NCBI GenBank assembly: GCA_964016885.1
Contig: OZ024742.1
Span: 166,718,001-166,782,000, forward strand
DNA: 64,000 nucleotides
Direction: 5' to 3'
Source: Eledone cirrhosa
Lineage: Eukaryota
The notes under the pieces are model-generated. The model saw only the letters and a program-made list of their open reading frames with translations, did not search any database and was not told the origin of the DNA. This document shows positions 39,201 through 52,100 of the stretch, one piece after another. The translations under genes were made by a program, and so were the position numbers. Positions within the stretch are counted from its first letter, which is position 1; every line of letters begins with the position of its first letter.

Positions 39201-42200
39201 AATTTCCAGCACTCCAAGGGGCTATAATTTCCAGTGTCCAAGGGGAGATAATTTCCAGCCAGCGAAGGGGAGATAATTTTTTTAAAAAAATCAGGGGGAG
39301 ATATGTAAAAAAAATCAGAGGGAGATAATTTCTAAAAAAAATCAAAGGGAGATAATTTCCAGCCGTCCAAAGAGAGATAATTTCTAGCCGTCCAAGGGGA
39401 GATAATTTCCAGCCAAGGGGAGATAATTTCCAGCCGTCCAAGGGGAGATAATTATTTAAAAAATCAGGTGGAGATAATTTGTAAAAAAAATCAGGGGGAG
39501 ATAATTTGTAAAAACAAAATCAAGGGCAGATAATTTCCAGCTGTCCAAGGGGAGATAATTTCCAGCCGTGCAAGGGGAGATAATTTCCAGCCGTCCAAGG
39601 GGAGATAATTTCCATCCTTCCAAGGGGAGATAATGTCCAGCCGTCCAAGGGGAGATAATTTCCCGCCAGCCAAGGGAAGATAATTTTTAAAAAAATCAGG
39701 CGGAGATTGTAAAAAAAATCAGGGGGAGATAATTTGTAAAAAAAAAATCAGGGGGAGATAATTTGTAAAAAAAATCAGGGGTAGATAATTTGTAAAAAAA
39801 AATCAGGGGGAGATAATTTGTAAAAAAAAATCAGGGGGAGATAATTTCTAAAAAAATCAAGGGGAGATAATATGCAGCCGTCCAAGGGGAGATAATTTTC
39901 AGCCGTCCAAGGAGAGGTAATTTCTAGCCGTCCAAGGGGAGATAATTTCCAGCCGTCCAAGGGGAGATAATTTCCAGCCGTCCAAGGGGAGATAGTTTTT
40001 TTAAAAAAATCAGGCGGAGATAATTTGTAAAAAAAAAATCAGGGGGAGATAATTTGTAAAAAAAAATCAGGGGGAGATAATTTGTAAAAAAAAATCAGGG
40101 GGAGATAATTTGTAAAAAAAATCAGGGGGAGATAATTAGTAAAAAAAATCAAGGGGAGATAATTTCCAGCCGTCCAAGGGGAGGTAATATCTAGCCGTCC
40201 AAGGGGAGATAATTTCCAGCCGTCCAAGGGGAGATAATTTCCAGCCGTCCAAGGGTAGATAATATCCAGCCGTCCAAGTAGACATATTTTCCAGCCGTCC
40301 AAGGAGAGGTAATTTCTAGCCGTCCAAGGGGAGATGAATTCCAGCCTCCAAGGGGAGATAATTTCCAGCCAGCCAAGGGGAGATAATTTGTAAAAAAATC
40401 AGGGGGAGATAATTTGTAAAAAAAATCAGGGGGAGATAATTTGTAAAAAAAATCAGGGGGAGATAATTTGTAAAAACAAATCAGGGGGAGATAATTTGTA
40501 AAAAAAATCAGGGGGAGATAATTTGTAAAAAAAAATCAGGGGGAGATAATTTGTAAAAAAAAATCAGGGGGAGATAATTTGTAAAAAAAAATCAGGGGGA
40601 GATAATTTGTAAAAAAAATCAAGGGAGATAATTTGCAGCCGTCCAAGGAGAGATAATTTTCAGCCGTCCAAGGAGAGGTAATTTCTAGCTGTCCAAGGTG
40701 AGATAATATCCAGCCGTCCAAGGGGAGATAATTTCCAGCCGTCCAAGGGGAGATAATTTTAAAATAAAAACAGGCGAAGATAATTTGTAAAAAAAAAATC
40801 AGGGGGAGATAATTTGTAAAAAAAAATCAGGGGGAGATAATTTGTAAAAAAAATCAGGGGGAGGTAATTTGTAAAAAAAATCAAGGGGAGATAATTTCCA
40901 GCCGTCCAAGGGAAGATAATTTCCAGCCCTCCAAGGGGCTATAATTTCCAGCGTCCAAGGGGAGATAATTTCCAGCCAGCGAAGGGGAGATAATTTTTTT
41001 TTTTTTAAATCAGGGGGACATAATTTGTAAAAAAAGTCAGGGGGAGATAATTTGTAAAAAAAATCAAGGGGAGATAATTTGTAAAAAAAAATCAGGGGGA
41101 GATAATTTGTAAAAAAAAATCAGGGGGAGATAATTTGTAAAAAAAATCAAGGGGAGATAATTTGTAAAAAAAAATCAAGGGGAGATAATTTCCAGCCGTC
41201 CAAGGGGAGATAATTTTCAGCCGTCCAAGGGGAGATAATTTCCCGCCAGCCAATGAAAGATAATATTTAAAAAAATCAGGCGGAGATAATTTGTAAAAAA
41301 AATCAGGGGGAGATAATTTGTAAAAAAATCAGGGGGAGATAATTTGTAAAAAAAAAATCAGGGGGAGATAATTTGTAAAAAAAATCAGGGGGAGATAATT
41401 TGTAAAAAAAAATCAGGGGGAGATAATTTGTAAAAAAAATCAGGGGGAGATAATTTGTAAAAAAAATCAATTGGAGATAATTTCCAGCCGTCCAAGGGGA
41501 GATAATTTTCAGCCGTCCAATGAGAGGTAATTTCTAGACGTCCAAGGGGAGATAATTTCCAGCCGTCCAAGGGGAGATAATTTCCAGCCGTCCAAGGGTA
41601 GATAATATCCAGCCGTCCAAGGAGACATATTTTCCAGCTTTCCAAGGAGAGGTAATTTCTAGCCGTCCAAGGGGAGATAAATTCCAGCCTCCAAGGGGAG
41701 ATAATTTCCAGCCAGCCAAGGGGAGATAATTTGTAAAAAAATCAGGGGGAGATAATTTGTAAAAAAAATCAGGGGGAGATAATTTGTAAAAAAAATCAGG
41801 GGGAGATAATTTGTAAAAAACATCAAGGGGAGATAATTTCCAGCCGTCCAAGGGGAGATAATTTTCAGCCGTCCAAGGGGAGATAATTTCCCGCCAGCCA
41901 AGGGAAGATAATATTTAAAAAATGAGGCGGAGATAATTTGTAAAAAAAATCAGGGGGAGATAATTTGTAAAAAAATCAGGGGGAGATAATTTGTAAAAAA
42001 AAATCAGGGGGAGATAATTTGTAAAAAAAATCAGGGGGAGATAATTTGTAAAAAAAAATCAGGGGTAGATAATTTGTAAAAAAAAATCAGGGGGAGATAA
42101 TTTGTAAAAAAAATCAGGGGGAGATAATTTGTAAAAAAAATCAAGGGGAGATAATTTCCAGCCGTCCAAGGGAAGATAATTTCAAGCCCTCCAAGGGGCT

Positions 42201-43137
42201 ATAATTTCCAGTGTCCAAGGGGAGATAATTTCCAGCCAGCGAAGGGGAGATAATTTTTTTTTAAAAATCAGGGGGAGATTTGTAAAAAAAATCAGGGGGA
42301 GATAATTTGTAAAAAAAATCAAAGGGAGATAATTTCCAGCCGTCCAAAGAGAGATAATTTCTAGCCGTCCAAGGGGAGATAATTTCGAGCCAAGGGGAGA
42401 TAATTTCCAGCCGTCCAAGGGGAGATAATTTTTTAAAAAATCAGGTGGAGATAATTTGTAAAAAAAATCAGGGGGAGATAATTTGTAAAAACAAAATCAA
42501 GGGCAGATAATTTCCAGCTGTCCAAGGGGAGATAATTTCCAGCCGTGCAAGGGGAGATAATTTCCAGCCGTCCAAGGGGAGATAATTTCCATCCTTCCAA
42601 GGGGAGATAATTTCCAGCCGTCCAAGGGGAGATAATTTCCCGCCAGCCAAGGGAAGATAATTTTTTAAAAAATCAGGCGGAGATTGTAAAAAAAATCAGG
42701 GGGAGATAATTTGTAAAAAAATCAGGGGGAGATAATTTGTAAAAAAATCAAGGGGAGATAATTTCCAGCTGTCCAAGGGGAGGTAATATCTAGCCGTCCA
42801 AGGGGAGATAATTTCCAGCCGTCCAAGGGGAGATAATTTCCAGCCGTCCAAGGGTAGATAATATCCAGCCGTCCAAGGAGACATATTTTCCAGCCCTCCA
42901 AGGAGAGGTAATTTCTAGCCGTCCAAGTGGAGATAAATTCCAGCCTCCAAGGGGAGATAATTTCCAGCCAGCCAAGGGAAGATAATTTGTAAAAAAATCA
43001 GGGGGAGATAATTTGTAAAAAAAATCAGGGGGAGATAATTTGTAAAAAAAAATCAGGGGGAGATAATTTGTAAAAAAAATCAGGGGGAGATAATTTGTAA
43101 AAAAAATCAAGGGGAGATAATTTCCAGCCGTCCAAGG
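30241..43137 (+). repeat. Near-identical 6420-bp direct tandem duplication (~30241-36660 and ~36661-43080)
   Basis: Sequence lines match at offset 6420 (ORFs 30348/36768, 31753/38173, 34965/41385). The offset becomes 6419 after one A-tract indel (35763/42182). Both copies share private variants GTAAAAACAAATC (~34050/40470) and AAAAGTCAG (~34612/41032). Confidence 0.93.
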
Positions 43138-46100
43138 GGAGATAATTTTCAGCCGTCCAAGGGGAGATAATTTCCCGCCAGCCAAGGGAAGATAATATTT
43201 AAAAAATGAGGCGGAGATAATTTGTAAAAAAAATCAGGGGGAGATAATTTGTAAAAAAATCAGGGGGAGATAATTTGTAAAAAAAAATCAGGGGGAGATA
43301 ATTTGTAAAAAAAATTAGGGGGAGATAATTTGTAAAAAAAAATCAGGGGTAGATAATTTGTAAAAAAAAATCAGGGGGAGATAATTTGTAAAAAAAATCA
43401 GGGGGAGATAATTTGTAAAAAAAATCAAGGGGAGATAATTTCCAGCCGTCCAAGGAGAGATAATTTTAAAAAAAAATCAGGCGGAGATAATTTGTAAAAA
43501 AAAATCAGGGGGAGATAATTTGTAAAAAAAAATCAGGGGGAGATAATTTGTAAAAAAAATCAAGGGGAGATAATTTCCAGCCGTCCAAGGGGAGATAATT
43601 TTCAGCCGTCCAAGGGGAGATAATTTCCAGCCGTCCAAGGGGAGATAATTTTAAAAAAAAAATCAGGCGGAGATAATTTGTAAAAAAAATCAAGGGGAGA
43701 TAATTTGCAACCGTCCAAGGGGACATAATTTTCAGTCGTCCAAGGAGAGGTAATTTCTAGCCGTCCAAGGGGAGATAATTTCCAGCCGTCCAAGGGGAGA
43801 TAATTTCCAGCCGTCCAAGGGGAGATAATTTTTTTTTTAAAATCAGGCGGAGATAATTTGTAAAAAAAAAATCAGGGGGAGATAATTTGTAAAAAAAAAT
43901 CAGGGGGAGATAATTTGTAAAAAAAAATCAGGGGGAGATAATTTGTAAAAAAAATCAAGGGGAGATAATTTCCAGCCGTCCAAGGGAAGATAATTTCCAG
44001 CCCTCCAAGGGGCTATAATTTCCAGCGTCCAAGGGGAGATAATTTCCAGCCAGCGAAGGGGAGATAATTGTTTTAAAAAAATCATTGGGAGATTTGTAAA
44101 AAAAATCAGGGGGAGATAATTAATAAAAAAAATCAAGGGGAGATAATTCCAGCCGTCCAAGGGGAGGTAATATCTAGCCGTCCAAGGGGAGATAATTTCC
44201 AGCCGTCCAAGGGGAGATAATTTCCAGCCGTCCAAGGGTAGATAATATCCAGCCGTCCAAGGAGACATATTTTCCAGCCGTCCAAGGAGAGGTAATTTCT
44301 AGCCGTCCAAGGGGAGATAAATTCCAGCCTCCAAGGGGAGATAATTTCCAGCCAGCCAAGGGGAGATAATTTGTAAAAAAATCAGGGGGAGATAATTTGT
44401 AAAAAAAGTCAGGGGTAGATAATTTGTAAAAAAAAATCAGGGGGAGATAATTTGTAAAAAAAAATCAGGGGGAGATAATTTGTAAAAAAGATCAAGGGGA
44501 GATAATTTCCAGCCGTCCAAGGAGAGATAATTTTTAAAAAAAAATCAGGCGGAGATAATTTGTAAAAAAAAATCAGGGGGAGATAATTTGTAAAAAAAAA
44601 TAAGGGGGAGATAATTTGTAAAAAAAATCAAGGGGAGATAATTTCCAGCCGTCCAAGGGGAGATAATTTCCAGCCGTCCAAGGGGAGATAAATTTTTTTA
44701 AAAAATCAGGCGGAGATAATTTGTAAAAAAAATCAGGGGGAGATAATTTGTAAAAAAAAATCAGGGGGAGATAATTTGTAAAAAAAATCAGGGGGAGATA
44801 ATTTCCAGCCGTCCAAGGTAAGATAATTTCCAGCCCTCCAAGGGGCTATAATTTCCAGCATCCAAGGGGAGATAATTTCCAGCCGTCCAAGGGTAGATAA
44901 TATCCAGCCGTCCAAGTAGACATATTTTCCAGCCGTCCAAGGAGAGGTAATTTCTAGCCGTCCAAGGGGAGATAAATTCCAGCCTCCAAGGGGAGATAAT
45001 TTCCAGCCAGCCAAGGGGAGATAATTTGTAAAAAAATCAGGGGGAGATAATTTGTAAAAAAAATCAGGGAGATAATTTGTAAAAAAAAATCAGGGGGAGA
45101 TAATTTGTAAAAAAAAATCAGCGGGAGATAATTTCCAGCCGTCCAAGGGGAGATAATTTTCAGCCGTCCAAGGGTAGATAATATCCAGCCGTCCAAGTAG
45201 ACATTTTCCAGCCGTCCAAGGAGAGGTAATTTCTAGCCGTCCAAGGGGAGATAAATTCCAGCCTCCAAGGGGAGATAATTTCCAGCCAGCCAAGGGGAGA
45301 TAATTTGTAAAAAAATCAGGGGGAGATAATTTGTAAAAAAAATCAGGGGGAGATAATTTGTAAAAAAAAATCAGGGGGAGATAATTTGTAAAAAAAAAAT
45401 CAGGGGGAGATAATTTGTAAAAAAAAATCAGGGGGAGATAATTTGTAAAAAAAATCAAGGGGAGATAATTTCCAGCCGTCCAAGGGGAGATAATTTTCAG
45501 CCGTCCAAGGGGAGATAATTTCCAGACGTCCAAGGGGAGATAATTTCCATCCTTCCAAGGGGAGATAATTTCCAGCCTTCCAAGGGGAGATAATTTTCAG
45601 CCGTCCAAGGGGAGATAATTTCCCGCCAGCCAAGGGAAGATAATATTTTAAAAAATCAGGCGGAGATAATTTGTAAAAAAATCAGGGGGAGATAATTTGT
45701 AAAAAAAAAATCAGGGGGAGATAATTTGTAAAAAAAATCAGGGGGAGATAATTTGTAAAAAAAAATCAGGGGTAGATAATTTGTAAAAAAAAATCAGGGG
45801 GAGATAATTTGTAAAAAAAAAATCAGGGGGAGATAATTTGTAAAAAAAATCAAGGGGAGATAATTTCCAGCCGTCCAAGGAGAGATAATTTTTAAAAAAA
45901 ATCAGGCGGAGATAATTTGTAAAAAAAAATCAAGGGGAGATAATTTGTAAAAAAAAATCAGGGGGAGATAATTTGTAAAAAAATCAAGGGGAGATAATTT
46001 CCAGCCGTCCAAGGGAAGATAATTTCCAGCACTCCAAGGGGCTATAATTTCCAGTGTCCAAGGGGAGATAATTTCCAGCCAGCGAAGGGGAGATAATTTT

Positions 46101-49100
46101 TTTAAAAAAATCAGGGGGAGATATGTAAAAAAAATCAGAGGGAGATAATTTCTAAAAAAAATCAAAGGGAGATAATTTCCAGCCGTCCAAAGAGAGATAA
46201 TTTCTAGCCGTCCAAGGGGAGATAATTTCCAGCCAAGGGGAGATAATTTCCAGCCGTCCAAGGGAAGATAATTATTTAAAAAATCAGGTGGAGATAATTT
46301 GTAAAAAAAATCAGGGGGAGATAATTTGTAAAAACAAAATCAAGGGCAGATAATTTCCAGCTGTCCAAGGGGAGATAATTTCCATCCTTCCAAGGGGAGA
46401 TAATCTCCAGCCGTCCAAGGGGAGATAATTTCCCGCCAGCCAAGGAAAGATAATTTTTAAAAAAATCAGGCGGAGATTGTAAAAAAAATCAGGGGGAGAT
46501 AATTTGTAAAAAAATCAGGGGGAGATAATTTGTAAAAAAAAAATCAGGGGAGATAATTTGTAAAAAAAAATCAGGGGGAGATAATTTGTAAAAAAAAAAT
46601 CAGGGGGAGATAATTTGTAAAAAAAATCAGGGGTAGATAATTTATAAAAAAAATCAGGGGGAGATAATTTGTAAAAAAAAATCAGTGGGAGATAATTTGT
46701 AAAAAAATCAAGGGGAGATAATATGCAGCCGTCCAAGGGGAGATAACTTTCAGCCTTCCAAGGAGAGTTAATTTCTAGCCGTCCAAGGGGAGATAATTTC
46801 CAGCCGTCCAAGGGGAGATAATTTCCAGCCGTCCAAGGGGAGATAGTTTTTTTAAAAAAATCAGGCGGAGATAATTTGTAAAAAAAAAATCAGGGGGAGA
46901 TAATTTGTAAAAAAAAATCAGGGGGAGATAATTTGTAAAAAAAAATCAAGGGGAGATAATTTGTAAAAAAAATCAGGGGGAGATAATTAGTAAAAAAATC
47001 AAGGGGAGATAATTTCCAGCCGTCCAAGGGGAGGTAATATCTAGCCGTCCAAGGGGAGATAATTTCCAGCCGTCCAAGGGGAGATAATTTCCAGCCGTCC
47101 AAGGGTAGATAATATCCAGCCGTCCAAGTAGACATATTTTCCAGCCGTCCAAGGAGAGGTAATTTCTAGCCGTCCAAGGGGAGATAAATTCCAGCCTCCA
47201 AGGGGAGATAATTTCCAGCCAGCCAAGGGGAGATAATTTGTAAAAAAATCAGGGGGAGATCATTTGTAAAAAAAATCAGGGGGAGATAATTTGTAAAAAA
47301 AAATCAGGGGGAGATAATTTGTAAAAAAAAATCAGGGGGAGATAATTTGTAAAAAAAAATCAGGGGGAGATAATTTGTAAAAAAAATCAAGGGGAGATAA
47401 TTTCCAGCCGTCCAAGGGGAGATAATTTCCAGCCGTCCAAGGGGAGGTAATATCTAGCCGTCCAAGGGGAGATAATTTCCAGCCGTCCAAGAGGAGATAA
47501 TTTCCAGCCGTCCAAGGGAAGATAATTTCAAGCCCTCCAAGGGGCTATAATTTCCAGTGTCCAAGGGGAGATAATTTCCAGCCAGCGAAGGGGAGATAAT
47601 TTTTTTTTAAAAATCAGGGGGAGATTTGTAAAAAAAATCAGGGGGAGATAATATGTAAAAAAAATCAAGGGGAGATAATTTCCAGCCGTCGAAGGGAAGA
47701 TAATTTCCAGCCCTCCAAGGGGCTATAATTTCCAGCGTCCAAGGGGAGATAATTTCCAGCCAGCGAAGGGGAGATAATTTTTTTAAAAAAATCATTGGGA
47801 GATTTGTAAAAAAAATCAGGGAGAGATAATTTGTAAAAAAAATCAAGGGGAGATAATTTCCAGCCGTCCAAGGGGAGGTAATATCTAGCCGTCCAAGGGG
47901 AGATAATTTCCAGCCGTCAAAGGGGAGATAATTTCCAGCCGTCCAAGGGTAGATAATATCCAGCCGTCCAAGTAGACATTTTCCAGCCGTCCAAGGAGAG
48001 GTAATTTCTAGCCGTCCAAGGGGAGATAAATTCCAGCCTCCAAGGGGAGATAATTTCCAGCCAGCCAAGGGGAGATAATTTGTAAAAAAATCAGGGGGAG
48101 ATAATTTGTAAAAAAAATCAGGGGGAGATAATTTGTAAAAAAAATCAGGGGGAGATAATTTGTAAAAAAAAATCAGGGGGTGATAATTTGTAAAAAAAAT
48201 CAAGGGGAGATAATTTGCAGCCGTCCAAGGGGAGATAATTTTCAGCCGTCCAAGGAGAGGTAATTTCTAGCCGTCCAAGGTGAGATAATATCCAGCCGTC
48301 CAAGGGGAGATAATTTCCAGCCGTACAAGGGGAGATAATTTAAAAAAAAAAACAGGCGAAGATAATTTGTAAAAAAAAAATCAGGGGGAGATAATTTGTA
48401 AAAAAAAATCAGGGGGAGATAATTTGTAAAAAAAAATCAGGGGGAGATAATTTGTAAAAAAAATCAAGGGGAGATAATTTCCAGCCGTCCAAGGGGAGAT
48501 AATTTCCAGCCGTCCAAGGGGAGATAATTTTTTTAAAAAAATCAGGCGGAGATAATTTGTAAAAAAAATCAGGGGGAGGTAAAAAAAAATCAGGGGGAGA
48601 TAATTTGTAAAAAAAAATCAGGGGGAGATAATTTCCAGCCGTCCAAGGTAAGATAATTTCCAGCCCTCCAAGGGGCTATAATTTCCAGCATCCAAGGGGA
48701 GATAATTTCCAGCCGTCCAAGGGTAGATAATATCCAGCCGTCCAAGTAGACATATTTTCCAGCCGTCCAAGGAGAGGTAATTTCTAGCCGTCCAAGGGGA
48801 GATAAATTCCAGCCTCCAAGGGGAGATAATTTCCAGCCAGCCAAGGGGAGATAATTTGTAAAAAAATCAGGGGGAGATAATTTGTAAAAAAAATCAGGGG
48901 GAGATAATTTGTAAAAAAAAATCAGGGGGAGATAATTTTTAAAAAAAAAATCAGGGGGAGATAATTTGTAAAAAAAAAATCAGGGGGAGATAATTTGTAA
49001 AAAAAATCAGGGGGAGATAATTTGTAAAAAAAAATCAGGGGTAGATAATTTGTAAAAAAAAATCAGGGGGAGATAATTTGTAAAAAAAATCAGGGGGAGA

Positions 49101-52100
49101 TAATTTGTAAAAAAAATCAAGGGGAGATAATTTCCAGCCGTCCAAGGGAAGATAATTTCAAGCCCTCCAAGGGGCTATAATTTCCAGTGTCCAAGGGGAG
49201 ATAATTTCCAGCCAGCGAAGGGGAGATAATTTTTTTTTAAAAATCAGGGGGAGATTTGTAAAAAAAATCAGGGGGAGATAATTTGTAAAAAAAATCAAAG
49301 GGAGATAATTTCCAGCCGTCCAAAGAGAGATAATTTCTAGCCGTCCAAGGGGAGATAATTTCGAGCCAAGGGGAGATAATTTCCAGCCGTCCAAGGGGAG
49401 ATAATTTTTTAAAAAATCAGGTGGAGATAATTTGTAAAAAAAATCAGGGGGAGATAATTTGTAAAAACAAAATCAAGGGCAGATAATTTCCAGCTGTCCA
49501 AGGGGAGATAATTTCCAGCCGTGCAAGGGGAGATAATTTCCAGCCGTCCAAGGGGAGATAATTTCCATCCTTCCAAGGGGAGATAATTTCCAGCCGTCCA
49601 AGGGGAGATAATTTCCCGCCAGCCAAGGGAAGATAATTTTTTAAAAAATCAGGCGGAGATTGTAAAAAAAATCAGGGGGAGATAATTTGTAAAAAAATCA
49701 GGGGGAGATAATTTGTAAAAAAATCAAGGGGAGATAATTTCCAGCTGTCCAAGGGGAGGTAATATCTAGCCGTCCAAGGGGAGATAATTTCCAGCCGTCC
49801 AAGGGGAGATAATTTCCAGCCGTCCAAGGGTAGATAATATCCAGCCGTCCAAGGAGACATATTTTCCAGCCCTCCAAGGAGAGGTAATTTCTAGCCGTCC
49901 AAGTGGAGATAAATTCCAGCCTCCAAGGGGAGATAATTTCCAGCCAGCCAAGGGGAGATAATTTGTAAAAAAATCAGGGGGAGATAATTTGTAAAAAAAA
50001 TCAGGGGGAGATAATTTGTAAAAAAAAATCAGGGGGAGATAATTTGTAAAAAAAATCAGGGGGAGATAATTTGTAAAAAAAATCAAGGGGAGATAATTTC
50101 CAGCCGTCCAAGGGGAGATAATTTTCAGCCGTCCAAGGGGAGATAATTTCCCGCCAGCCAAGGGAAGATAATATTTAAAAAATGAGGCGGAGATAATTTG
50201 TAAAAAAAATCAGGGGGAGATAATTTGTAAAAAAATCAGGGGGAGATAATTTGTAAAAAAAAATCAGGGGGAGATTATTTGTAAAAAAAATTAGGGGGAG
50301 ATAATTTGTAAAAAAAAATCAGGGGTAGATAATTTGTAAAAAAAAATCAGGGGGAGATAATTTGTAAAAAAAATCAGGGGGAGATAATTTGTAAAAAAAA
50401 TCAATGGGAGATAATTTCCAGCCGTCCAAGGAGAGATAATTTAAAAAAAAAATCAGGCGGAGATAATTTGTAAAAAAAAATCAGGGGGAGATAATTTGTA
50501 AAAAAAAATCAGGGGGAGATAATTTGTAAAAAAAATCAAGGGGAGATAATTTCCAGCCGTCCAAGGGGAGATAATTTTCAGCCGTCCAAGGGGAGATAAT
50601 TTCCAGCCGTCCAAGGGGAGATAATTTTAAAAAAAAATCAGGCGGAGATAATTTGTAAAAAAAATCAAGGGGAGATAATTTGCAACCGTCCAAGGGGACA
50701 TAATTTTCAGTCGTCCAAGGAGAGGTAATTTCTAGCCGTCCAAGGGGAGATAATTTCCAGCCGTCCAAGGGGAGATAATTTCCAGCCGTCCAAGGGGAGA
50801 TAATTTTTTTTTAAAAATCAGGCGGAGATAATTTGTAAAAAAAAAATCAGGGGGAGATAATTTGTAAAAAAAAATCAGGGGGAGATAATTTGTAAAAAAA
50901 AATCAGGGGGAGATAATTTGTAAAAAAAATCAAGGGGAGATAATTTCCAGCCGTCCAAGGGAAGATAATTTCCAGCCCTCCAAGGGGCTATAATTTCCAG
51001 CGTCCAAGGGGAGATAATTTCCAGCCAGCGAAGGGGAGATAATTGTTTTAAAAAAATCATTGGGAGATTTGTAAAAAAAATCAGGGGGAGATAATTAATA
51101 AAAAAAATCAAGGGGAGATAATTCCAGCCGTCCAAGGGGAGGTAATATCTAGCCGTCCAAGGGGAGATAATTTCCAGCCGTCCAAGGGGAGATAATTTCC
51201 AGCCGTCCAAGGGTAGATAATATCCAGCCGTCCAAGGAGACATATTTTCCAGCCGTCCAAGGAGAGGTAATTTCTAGCCGTCCAAGGGGAGATAAATTCC
51301 AGCCTCCAAGGGGAGATAATTTCCAGCCAGCCAAGGGGAGATAATTTGTAAAAAAATCAGGGGGAGATAATTTGTAAAAAAAGTCAGGGGTAGATAATTT
51401 GTAAAAAAAAATCAGGGGGAGATAATTTGTAAAAAAAAATCAGGGGGAGATAATTTGTAAAAAAAATCAAGGGGAGATAATTTCCAGCCGTCCAAGGAGA
51501 GATAATTTTTAAAAAAAAATCAGGCGGAGATAATTTGTAAAAAAAAATCAGGGGGAGATAATTTGTAAAAAAAAATAAGGGGGAGATAATTTGTAAAAGA
51601 AATCAAGGGGAGATAATTTCCAGCCGTCCAAGGGGAGATAATTTCCAGCCGTCCAAGGGGAGATAAATTTTTTAAAAAAATCAGGCGGAGATAATTTGTA
51701 AAAAAAATCAGGGGGAGATAATTTGTAAAAAAAAATCAGGGGGAGATAATTTGTAAAAAAAAATCAGGGGGAGATAATTTCCAGCCGTCCAAGGTAAGAT
51801 AATTTCCAGCCCTCCAAGGGGCTATAATTTCCAGCATCCAAGGGGAGATAATTTCCAGCCGTCCAAGGGTAGATAATATCCAGCCGTCCAAGTAGACATA
51901 TTTTCCAGCCGTCCAAGGAGAGGTAATTTCTAGCCGTCCAAGGGGAGATAAATTCCAGCCTCCAAGGGGAGATAATTTCCAGCCAGCCAAGGGGAGATAA
52001 TTTGTAAAAAAATCAGGGGGAGATAATTTGTAAAAAAAATCAGGGAGATAATTTGTAAAAAAAAATCAGGGGGAGATAATTTGTAAAAAAAAATCAGGGG

